Source of the DNA: a virus | Virus record (IMG/VR): IMGVR_UViG_2757320712_000001 | Coordinates: 1 to 33,356 of that record | DNA: 33,356 nt | Reading direction: 5' to 3' (one strand) | Shown here: positions 25,887-33,356 of the stretch, one piece after another | Layout: every line of letters begins with the position of its first letter | Numbering within the stretch: the first letter of the stretch is position 1 | Program-made: the position numbers and the translations under genes | The notes under the pieces: generated by a model | Seen by the model: the letters and a program-made list of their open reading frames with translations, nothing else | What the model was told of the DNA's origin: nothing | Database searches by the model: none

Positions 25887-27083
25887 ATGGGATTTCAAAG
25901 AAAAAGTTCAGGAAGTATAAAAAGCTTTAGTTCATTGGACATTTTTTCAATTAATTTGTTATATATGGGAATTTTAAGCGGAATAAGTTATCCATTATTT
26001 GTCTCTGAAATGATGAAAAATGTAAATCTATTATTTGCTATTTTAATAGCATCAGTCTTTGAAATTCCGCTTTTAGTAATGTATTATATACTGACAAAGA
26101 AGATACCGCTTAACGGCGGAGATTATGCTTATATTCGTTCTACATTTTCGTCAAAATTCTATACAGTTTTTGGAATTTCACTCTGGCTAATTTACGTATT
26201 TTCTGCACCAGTATTAGCGAACTTAGTACTCCTAAATTTCAATATTCCAATAATTGATAAGTTCTTTATTTCAGAATTATTATTCGCTATTGCTTTATTT
26301 AGTATAATTAAAAAGTCAGTGTATGCATATTTAGTAGACGGATTAGCAATTCTACAAATACTTGTATCATTAATTTTGCCAATTTCAAGTTTTCATTTTG
26401 AGATACAGAATTTTACAATATCTAATACTTTACTTTCAGCTTTACTATTTGACTTGTCAATGTTTCTATTCTTGAACGCTATAAGTTATATAGCTGGAGA
26501 GACAAAGAATGTAGATAAAAATGTGAAAATTGGATATTTTTTGAGTTACTTTGTAGTTACCATATTAGCAATTTTCGATAGTTTTTCAAACCTAAATATT
26601 CTATTTGTTCTATTTCCGATATGGTATATGAGCTATTTATTTGTAACTTCCATGATACAAAGTCGTTTAGTGCAAAATTTAGCATTTGATAAAATCTTAC
26701 CTGAGAAATTTGCAAAAATATCGCCAAATGTCTTACTATTGATCTTTATCGGTGATACTATTACAAATATTCTAGAAAATTTGTTAAACTTTTCAATTTC
26801 ATTTGGATTTGATGGCTTATTATTTATTTTCTGGAACTTTATAATTGTAAGTTTTGCATTTCTAAAATTAACAAATAATAAACTGTTATTTTCAATAGTA
26901 ATGATTAGTCTAATTTTACAGATCTTCATATTTTTCTATCTAGGAATGCAAAATCAAATATTCTATAATTTCGTAATTGAGGGAAATATCATATATGCAA
27001 TATTGAGAATTGTAATAATGCCGATCATTGGAGGAATTATGTATTTAATAAGAAGAAAAGTTATAAACGCTGAGTTAAAATGA
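25887..27083 (+). CDS. APC-superfamily (amino acid / polyamine permease-like) membrane transporter
   Basis: Many transmembrane helices; GGDYAYIRSTF, AGETKN..KN and SR....AFDKILPEKF.K match APC family loop motifs. Confidence 0.75.
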   Translation: MGFQRKSSGSIKSFSSLDIFSINLLYMGILSGISYPLFVSEMMKNVNLLFAILIASVFEIPLLVMYYILTKKIPLNGGDYAYIRSTFSSKFYTVFGISLWLIYVFSAPVLANLVLLNFNIPIIDKFFISELLFAIALFSIIKKSVYAYLVDGLAILQILVSLILPISSFHFEIQNFTISNTLLSALLFDLSMFLFLNAISYIAGETKNVDKNVKIGYFLSYFVVTILAIFDSFSNLNILFVLFPIWYMSYLFVTSMIQSRLVQNLAFDKILPEKFAKISPNVLLLIFIGDTITNILENLLNFSISFGFDGLLFIFWNFIIVSFAFLKLTNNKLLFSIVMISLILQIFIFFYLGMQNQIFYNFVIEGNIIYAILRIVIMPIIGGIMYLIRRKVINAELK

Positions 27084-28015
27084 AATTGGTATTTGGCGTT
27101 AATACTTCTACAAGTTATTTTTTTAAAACTAATTTTCCAGTTCTAATTAATCAGTTAAGATTTAAGAAAAAAACATGGAAAAATGAAACATGGGTCGATA
27201 GTGGCGGATTTCAAATTATAATGCATAATCTAAAAATTTCTGTAAATGATGTCTTACAAAAGTATAAAAGTGTTAATGCTTATGCTTTCTTTTCGCTGGA
27301 CATACCAAGTATTTTTTCACCTCTTAACAAAAAAAATTTCGAATATTTTGAGTATCTATATACGAAACTCGAGTATATAGAAAAAATTATACCTGTGATA
27401 CATATTTATCCACTTCAAGATGTAGACGAAGCTATAGATTTTTATAAACAATACTCTTACTATTTCGCAATTGGTGGAATTATGACTTCCAGCAAAATGA
27501 AAGTTTTAATTTATACATTTCCATGGATTTATTATATAAGAAAAAAAGTTCCTTATCTGCACGTTTTAGGCATGTCAGGCCCATATTTTTTACAAATTTT
27601 TAATAATATGCAAAGTATGGATACCGCAATTTGTTCAACAATTTCAGCATTTAAAGAAATAATTTGGTTTAATGGATCTAGGAGATATATTGGAAATATG
27701 AAAACAAAAAGGGAAAGATATAAAATTACAAAAGACGAAAAAGAACAACTTTTTAAATTTTTAGACAAACATAACTTTCCATTTGAATATGACTTGAGTA
27801 ATAGAAAAATTATAGAGCTTATTAATGCTTACATTTTATTCTATAATAATTGGAAAATTAAGAATAAATATACAGAATATTCAGAAAAACTTAAGAGAAT
27901 GGGAATGGATAGTTTAACAAGTGAGTTAATTAGAAATTATAAATTTGCTAATGAAATATTGAAAGAGAAAAAGAATAAAAAGAAAAAAGAAGATGAATTA
28001 GAAATACAGATATAA
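27080..28015 (+). CDS. Guanine transglycosylase, TGT/DpdA-like
   Basis: DSGGF (D40), SLDIP (D74), IPVIH, IGG, HVLG, SMD (D181). No CxCxxC Zn site. ATGA overlap with the transporter gene. Confidence 0.85.
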   Translation: MKLVFGVNTSTSYFFKTNFPVLINQLRFKKKTWKNETWVDSGGFQIIMHNLKISVNDVLQKYKSVNAYAFFSLDIPSIFSPLNKKNFEYFEYLYTKLEYIEKIIPVIHIYPLQDVDEAIDFYKQYSYYFAIGGIMTSSKMKVLIYTFPWIYYIRKKVPYLHVLGMSGPYFLQIFNNMQSMDTAICSTISAFKEIIWFNGSRRYIGNMKTKRERYKITKDEKEQLFKFLDKHNFPFEYDLSNRKIIELINAYILFYNNWKIKNKYTEYSEKLKRMGMDSLTSELIRNYKFANEILKEKKNKKKKEDELEIQI

Positions 28016-28089
28016 AAAAGAATTAAACCTTTACATTTTTCAGTGTGCTAATTTTTTAATGTCATACTACAAACTTTACTTGAACAAAA

Positions 28090-28800
28090 ATGAGAAAGAT
28101 ATACGCAAATATAAAACAAATTAGAGTTAGTACGTCTATACCACAAAACGCACAACTTCTATGGCAAAATAATAACTTAGCTCTATATTATACCTATGAT
28201 CCTTCTCAAGGAGAAGTTGACTGGATTATGCAAAATAATACAAATTCTTCTATATTAGTGTCATTGTTAAGAGGTGCTGAATTAAATATTAATGGACAGA
28301 CTTATACAATTCCAGATTATCTATTTGGAAATGCTTTTGCTGAGGTTTACTTTGCTAACGGTCTGTCTAATTTTATAACTGACTTAAACAATATTCCGCT
28401 TTATTCCTTAGCAATTATAAATAATAATGATGGAGTTAGAACTATAGCTTTTGTCTTCCAAATACTACCAAATTCTGTGATAATAGCACCAGAATATGGA
28501 TTTACTGGATTACAAAACATAAATGGACAATTGTTAGAAACAACTCCAATTAATCAAAATCTATTCGGAATAATTTATGATTTTAGTGAAATTATAGAGT
28601 ATAAATATCAAACTGGAATTAATGTGAATTATCCTCCAGACCCATACATGGTTCAAAGTTACCAATTTCTAGTTAATAATCTAGGTCAAATCATGACTCA
28701 AAGATTAATACTAGAAATACCAGAAAGCGATATAAATGCTGTAAAATCCCTAGTTTCAGATTTTCAAAAAGTAATAGATAAATTAAAGAAGATATTTTGA
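28090..28800 (+). CDS. Hypothetical beta-rich protein, 236 aa
   Basis: Long ORF with its own TATA-GTC promoter. Asn/Gln/aromatic-rich like the virion proteins. Confidence 0.8.
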   Translation: MRKIYANIKQIRVSTSIPQNAQLLWQNNNLALYYTYDPSQGEVDWIMQNNTNSSILVSLLRGAELNINGQTYTIPDYLFGNAFAEVYFANGLSNFITDLNNIPLYSLAIINNNDGVRTIAFVFQILPNSVIIAPEYGFTGLQNINGQLLETTPINQNLFGIIYDFSEIIEYKYQTGINVNYPPDPYMVQSYQFLVNNLGQIMTQRLILEIPESDINAVKSLVSDFQKVIDKLKKIF

Positions 28801-28822
28801 GCTAAGTCAATTTTTCATTTTT

Positions 28823-29095
28823 TTAATGATGGAAACAATGAGACCATAAGTCTACGAAAATTCCAGCTATAATTATCAGTTGAAAAATTATGATCAGTTT
28901 CAAGATTTCATTATGAACTGAGAAATAGAGAATAAAAGACAAAATAAAGAGAATTATTAAGCCGTAAAGGTCATGGGTTTTTCCATGTAAAAAATAATGA
29001 AACATGTTACAACTCATAAATTTAAGTTGAAAAATGACAATTAAAAAATTACTTAATAATATGTTTTCCAAATTAACAAAGCTATTAAATACCAT
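28823..29095 (-). CDS. Putative small membrane protein (start uncertain)
   Basis: Hydrophobic; fills the gap, but overlaps the upstream ORF by 43 nt. Confidence 0.4.
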   Translation of the reverse strand: MVFNSFVNLENILLSNFLIVIFQLKFMSCNMFHYFLHGKTHDLYGLIILFILSFILYFSVHNEILKLIIIFQLIIIAGIFVDLWSHCFHH

Positions 29096-29358
29096 AATTG
29101 TTCTTTTGGTATTTCGGCAAATATACCGTTTTTAGCAAATTTATACGCATTATAAAGTCCTTCTATTTCATGTGTTATATCTTCAATTTTCCATTTTTCA
29201 GGTTCCATAATTCCATTTTTTGTTTTAATTTCAATTGATGTTTTCATGTCCTTTATCCGTATTTTTAATTTATTATATTCATTATTTCCTTTCTTAACTT
29301 TTACTAATTGCATAGAAAAATTTAATTCTAAATCCTTTACAACTCCTTCTTCTGTCAT
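29053..29358 (-). CDS. Hypothetical protein, 101 aa; paralogue of 1522..1824
   Basis: Start moved to ATG 29358. TATA-GTC promoter at about 29390-29403. Shared motifs with ORF 1522..1824. Confidence 0.8.
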   Translation of the reverse strand: MTEEGVVKDLELNFSMQLVKVKKGNNEYNKLKIRIKDMKTSIEIKTKNGIMEPEKWKIEDITHEIEGLYNAYKFAKNGIFAEIPKEQLWYLIALLIWKTYY

Positions 29359-29472
29359 TTTTTCATTCCCATAAAAAAGCATATAATTTATGACAAATTT
29401 AAAAATGTCTCAAGTTTTTAATTTTCAAAATAATAAGTTAAGAAAAAGAAAAAAATATAAAATAAGAAAAGA

Positions 29473-30027
29473 TTAACTTAACAATTGATCTAACTCTTCA
29501 TCAAAAATTATATCAATTTTTCCATCTTTAATCACTATTTTACCTGACAAATTTTCTCCGAAATAATGCGGCAACATTCCAAATCCCACTGTTCTAGTTC
29601 TTCCGCTAATTTTGTATTCAATTTCTGCATTATTATTACACCAAAGATGTTTCACATAACCTAATGAACCTGCAGGAGACATTAACACACTGGTTTGTTG
29701 ACATTCGCCAGATAATACTTTAACTGAAACATCGCCTCTAAATCCACTAGGAATTTCAATAACATATAATACTGAATTTGGCTCATATTTTATTACTAAA
29801 GTTCCTTTTTCTGTAACTGTCATTTTCGCATTTTGTAATTTAAGTGAAATTGAATTAACTGACTCAAATTCTATGAAACTTCCATTTTCATAATTTTTGA
29901 CAAATCTTCCGCTGATATAGATAATTCTTCCTCTCTTTCTGGAACCGATACCAGTAAGATCTAATTGTTTATCTTCAAAATATGGATATTTTCCATCTTT
30001 TAATTGAATTGGTAATTTGTAATTCAT
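29473..30027 (-). CDS. Hypothetical beta-rich protein, 184 aa, co-transcribed with the acrIIIB1 homologue
   Basis: SD GAGGTGA overlapping the upstream stop. Motifs PSGFRG and SPAGSLG. Confidence 0.8.
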   Translation of the reverse strand: MNYKLPIQLKDGKYPYFEDKQLDLTGIGSRKRGRIIYISGRFVKNYENGSFIEFESVNSISLKLQNAKMTVTEKGTLVIKYEPNSVLYVIEIPSGFRGDVSVKVLSGECQQTSVLMSPAGSLGYVKHLWCNNNAEIEYKISGRTRTVGFGMLPHYFGENLSGKIVIKDGKIDIIFDEELDQLLS

Positions 30028-30037
30028 TTTTTTCACC

Positions 30038-30760
30038 TCAATCAACTTTATTTTTCCTAGGTCTTGGATGAGTTATTAAATAATATTTATTTCCGCTTAG
30101 CATAACTGAATTTTCACCATGATCTGGTGATTTCATAACAAATACAGTAGCGTCTTGCGGATGTACTAAAAACGTAGAACCTGGCACTGGAAACAAATCA
30201 GTAGCTAACACAGTATTTGAAAATTGTATTTCATGATTATAAATCGTTATACTGTTTACATGATTGAAATTAAGATTTAATTCATTATCCGGCGGTGGGA
30301 CTTCATAAATTTCTAAATTTCCTTGATTATACGTTAAATTAAATTCGTATAATTGACCTTTTATGAAATAATCATAAACTTCTATTGCATAATTGGTATA
30401 ACTAATAAGCAATTTTTTAGAATTAAGATTTAAAAGTTCTAGTTCTTTTAATATAATACTTTTCATATCCTCAAGATTTCTTGTGATTTTGCTTCTTCTA
30501 TAAATTGAAATTATTGGTGAAACAGGTGTATAATATATGCCTTTAATTTCCGTAAGTTGGCCCTCATTACTCCTAAAACATCCATTAAATGTCATACCGC
30601 TCCTTGAAACATATTTTGAACAATTAATAAAATGATTTGAAATTAACGAAATTTTAGTAACTTGACCATTCATATGTTTTAGCATAAAAACAACTGGTAA
30701 ATATTTTATTTGTTTCAAAATTTTAACTTCATATTTTTTAACTTGTTCTTCTTGGGACAT
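30038..30760 (-). CDS. acrIIIB1: Anti-CRISPR AcrIIIB1 homologue (SIRV2 gp48-like); alternative GTG start at 30772
   Basis: Colinear motifs recalled from AcrIIIB1: SRSGMT..GC, GIY.TP, Y.NY.IE.YD...KG..YEF.L...QG.L..Y.VP, IYNH, DH, C-terminal HPRPR. Confidence 0.85.
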   Translation of the reverse strand: MSQEEQVKKYEVKILKQIKYLPVVFMLKHMNGQVTKISLISNHFINCSKYVSRSGMTFNGCFRSNEGQLTEIKGIYYTPVSPIISIYRRSKITRNLEDMKSIILKELELLNLNSKKLLISYTNYAIEVYDYFIKGQLYEFNLTYNQGNLEIYEVPPPDNELNLNFNHVNSITIYNHEIQFSNTVLATDLFPVPGSTFLVHPQDATVFVMKSPDHGENSVMLSGNKYYLITHPRPRKNKVD

Positions 30761-30957
30761 ACGACCTGACACCCGTAAATGAAAATATGCTATATGACAA
30801 ATATAAAGCTTTTTTTATCTTTCGATTTCGAAATTTATCAAAACTTTTGTATTGATATTTCAAGACTAAAAATAATCAAACATAAAAATAAGAAGCAGAA
30901 AAATGTTACGTAAAAAATGAAAAAATCGAAAAATAAAAAAGAAAGATAAAATTGACA

Positions 30958-31410
30958 TTACTCTTTAATTAAATCTATTGGATAATGTTTTTTCAAAATA
31001 TAATATAATTTGAAATATCTCGGTTCTGCATAATCAATATTCGACTCTGGTAATTTCTCTAATATTTTTATAATATCTTCTGGAATATCATATTCTTTGA
31101 AATATCTTAATTGTAATCTTCCTTTGATAATTGAATATTCATAGAAATAATATGCCTTATTATTTAAAATGACAAGAGTTTTATATCCAGTGCTATCTGA
31201 ACGAATTGCAACATATTTTACTTCACTGTTTGAAACAAAAATTATACCATTAATTAAATGATCATCTGCAATTTTTCTTAATTTTTCAAAAACATTTTCT
31301 ATATCTTTATCATGATTTGTAGATATTAATTTTGTCTTAATTTCATCAATTTGTTGTTTTAAAACTTCCAAACTGTTAATTATCTCATTTATAAGTTTAT
31401 TTTCACTCAT
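30958..31410 (-). CDS. Hypothetical protein, 150 aa
   Basis: Start moved to ATG 31410, behind SD GGAGG. Promoter AAAAAAAGTTATATATTTGTCATA. Confidence 0.8.
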   Translation of the reverse strand: MSENKLINEIINSLEVLKQQIDEIKTKLISTNHDKDIENVFEKLRKIADDHLINGIIFVSNSEVKYVAIRSDSTGYKTLVILNNKAYYFYEYSIIKGRLQLRYFKEYDIPEDIIKILEKLPESNIDYAEPRYFKLYYILKKHYPIDLIKE

Positions 31411-31602
31411 TTTCTTTCCTCCAAAAAACAACTAGCTAGATATGACAAATATATAACTTTTTTTCTTTTTCGGTTTATAAACTTCTTAAACTGGTAGAAT
31501 TATTATTTGAAATTTGAAAAAAATTATTGATAAAGATAAATAATAAAGACAACAAAAATATAAAAATAAAAGAGAAAAATAGAAGATAAAAAAAGAAATA
31601 AC

Positions 31603-31770
31603 TTACCAACACTCATTCATAAATTTCTTAACTTGTCTCTCTGTTACACCTAATATTTTAGCGATTTCAGAGATTGAATATCCTTTCCTAGCTAACTCAT
31701 GACTTAGACTTACCATGTCATCTCTTGACTGAATATAATATCTTGTTTGACCTATTTGAACTGTTTTCAT
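31603..31770 (-). CDS. HTH DNA-binding protein, Gp1 family, short SIRV1 ORF56a-like form, 55 aa (not in the ORF track)
   Basis: MKTVQIGQTRYYIQSRDDMVSLSHELARKGYSISEIAKILGVTERQVKKFMNECW. Confidence 0.85.
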   Translation of the reverse strand: MKTVQIGQTRYYIQSRDDMVSLSHELARKGYSISEIAKILGVTERQVKKFMNECW

Positions 31771-31791
31771 TTTCTCATTCACAATATAATC

Positions 31792-31821
31792 TATGCAAAG
31801 ACTAGTATTTAAAGTTTTCTC
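31792..31821 (-). promoter_or_regulatory. Third variant of the strong promoter
   Basis: GAGAAAACTTTAAATACTAGTCTTTGCATA aligns with GAGAAAGATTTATATATAAGTTTTTACATA at 1991. Confidence 0.65.
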
Positions 31822-31869
31822 TAATCTTTTACCTTTATAGATTACACCATTTTTCTTATAAAAGAGTAT

Positions 31870-32031
31870 TTAATCTTTATATTTCTTTTTTAACATTCTG
31901 ACTAATTCTTCTTCTTCAATTCGTTTCATTTCCTGCCTAAATTCCAATAAGAAAAAGATAAATAACGATTCATAAAAAATTCCAGCAATAATTAAAAGCC
32001 ATATTGGATCTAATGATGCATTTAAATTCAT
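31870..32031 (-). CDS. Small membrane protein, 53 aa (not in the ORF track)
   Basis: MNLNASLDPIWLLIIAGIFYESLFIFFLLEFRQEMKRIEEEELVRMLKKKYKD; GTGAG SD-like sequence upstream. Confidence 0.6.
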   Translation of the reverse strand: MNLNASLDPIWLLIIAGIFYESLFIFFLLEFRQEMKRIEEEELVRMLKKKYKD

Positions 32032-32046
32032 AATCTCACATCTCAT

Positions 32047-32571
32047 CTATACTTTTTCATTCATAATTTTCTCTAGCTTATCCCTAAATTTTATTTTTAT
32101 CTCATCAGGACTCAGAATTTGATAAACTTCATCACTGAGAAGTTCAACTAATATATCTATGTCTTTTTCTTCTAAATTGTCAAAAATACACTCATCTAGA
32201 TAATGAAAATCATTAAGTATATTATCTAAATATATTTTTGCAATTTCCTTTTTCTCGATTTCTGAAAAATCAAATTTAACAATAGTTTCTTTAAAATCAT
32301 AATTCAATTCATCTATCTTTTTATTTAATCTTACTGTAATTTTAGAATTTTTCATAAATGCATTAAATAATTTTTCTTCTTCATCTTTCTCAAAATATTG
32401 TAAATCCCAGCCATCTTTTTCTACAATTTCAGAAATCATTTGAATTATTGTAACTATCGTAATTTCTTTAAAATTTGTATAACAACTTTGAATATTATTA
32501 TCAATATCTAACCATGCAGTGATATTTATATTAAATTTTTCTTTATCCAATTCTCTCAAAACTATATTCAT
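32047..32571 (-). CDS. Acidic hypothetical protein, 174 aa
   Basis: Long ORF with promoter GAGAGAAACATAAATATGTCATA. Confidence 0.8.
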   Translation of the reverse strand: MNIVLRELDKEKFNINITAWLDIDNNIQSCYTNFKEITIVTIIQMISEIVEKDGWDLQYFEKDEEEKLFNAFMKNSKITVRLNKKIDELNYDFKETIVKFDFSEIEKKEIAKIYLDNILNDFHYLDECIFDNLEEKDIDILVELLSDEVYQILSPDEIKIKFRDKLEKIMNEKV

Positions 32572-32689
32572 ATCAAATCATTTTCCTTTTACATTTATGA
32601 CATATTTATGTTTCTCTCAATAAATGTTAGTCATGAATTTTTATTTCAAACTTGAGAAAAATTTGACATAAAAAAAATAACTTAAAAAA

Positions 32690-32968
32690 TTATTGGCTAA
32701 AACTAAGATATTCATTAATGATTTCTAAGAATGTATTAAATCCGCCAACATCTTTTTCACTTTCATACAAAGTATTGCTAAAATCGCCATTGAAAATATA
32801 TTTTAGCTTGTAACCGTTGTCATATATTAAAAAAATATCTACAAACTGAAAATTAAAAAATTCTTTTTCTTCTTCAAATCCTGTACTTTTCAACTCTTCA
32901 GGCGTAAGCGAAACTAAAAAAACTTCTCCTTTTTCTTTTGCTTTTTGCAAGATTTCGAATGCTTTCAT
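32690..32968 (-). CDS. Acidic hypothetical protein, 92 aa, driven by the ITR promoter
   Basis: ATG 7 nt inside the ITR boundary, behind the duplicated promoter and SD GAGGAG. Confidence 0.8.
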   Translation of the reverse strand: MKAFEILQKAKEKGEVFLVSLTPEELKSTGFEEEKEFFNFQFVDIFLIYDNGYKLKYIFNGDFSNTLYESEKDVGGFNTFLEIINEYLSFSQ

Positions 32969-32974
32969 TCTTTT

Positions 32975-33356
32975 CTCCTCATTATATCATTTGTAAAAAC
33001 ACATATATAAATCTTTCTCTCTCTTTTTACATCTCTATCTTTTTAACTCTCTCCATCAACTCTCTACAAAGAGAACGTATGAATTCTGTCTCTCCAATTT
33101 ATTTCAATACTGCAGAGATAAATTGTTTCCTAACGGTGAAATCGCGTAAAAATATCTATTTCGGGTTAAAACATAATTAATAATTTATAACTACTATATT
33201 GCATAACTATATAACTATTATATTGTATAACTATATAATTATCTAATTCTCCAATTTGCTAAATCTCCTTACAATTTTTACCACAAGAAACTTAGATAAA
33301 TTCAAACTGTATACAGCATCTTCTATTGAATTGAAAGAAAAAAAGAAACTATATTT
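32975..33356. repeat. Right inverted terminal repeat (inner 382 bp; truncated by the window end)
   Basis: Reverse complement of 1136-1517. The shadow ORFs 1312..1569(-) and 32938..33180(+) share their C-terminal sequence. Confidence 0.92.
33314..33337 (+). other. Solitary CRISPR-repeat-like sequence (right ITR copy)
   Basis: ITR mirror of 1155-1178. Confidence 0.4.

Noticed and set aside
2449-27768. Antisense or overlapping ORFs in the track (2449, 5611, 7723, 10419, 11801, 14333, 14843, 24275, 25389, 25559, 26633, 27553)
   Set aside because: Shadow frames of well-supported genes, with no SD, promoter or recognisable motif.
28030-28049. Possible seventh operator (ACA-N8-TGT core) before the 236-aa gene
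   Set aside because: About 12/20 match, and its spacing to the TATA box differs from the other sites.
31767-31778. Tiny upstream ORFs (ATG AGA AAA TGA; similar ones at both ITR promoters and before 32571)
   Set aside because: Most simply explained by ATGAG(G/A) SD-like sequence in AT-rich leaders. No evidence of regulatory uORFs.

Overview
This is an essentially complete, very AT-rich genome of a rudivirus (SIRV-like rod-shaped virus of Sulfolobales). Bases 1-538 form a palindrome centred at 269/270, which reads as a hairpin terminus read through. The left inverted terminal repeat (ITR) spans about 270-1517, and the window ends inside the right ITR (32975-33356). The implied unit genome is about 34.0 kb. 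Recognisable core genes: major capsid protein, PVAP pyramid lysis protein, HUH Rep, SSB / AAA+ ATPase / Cas4-like nuclease operon, Holliday junction resolvase, three large virion proteins, three glycosyltransferases, a SAM methyltransferase, several RHH/HTH/Zn-finger proteins and an AcrIIIB1 homologue. Most notable observations: (1) a stand-alone ATP-dependent ligase-family nucleotidyltransferase inserted between virion genes; (2) a two-copy non-coding hairpin element with a compensatory base change, one copy beside the ligase gene; (3) a DpdA-like guanine transglycosylase coupled to an APC-type transporter; (4) a 20-bp palindromic operator upstream of virion genes; (5) a solitary CRISPR-repeat-like sequence in both ITRs; (6) an incompletely paired terminal hairpin; (7) a dUTPase gene reduced to a 69-nt scar. 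Homologue names come from recalled SIRV1/SIRV2 proteins and motifs; no database search was run.
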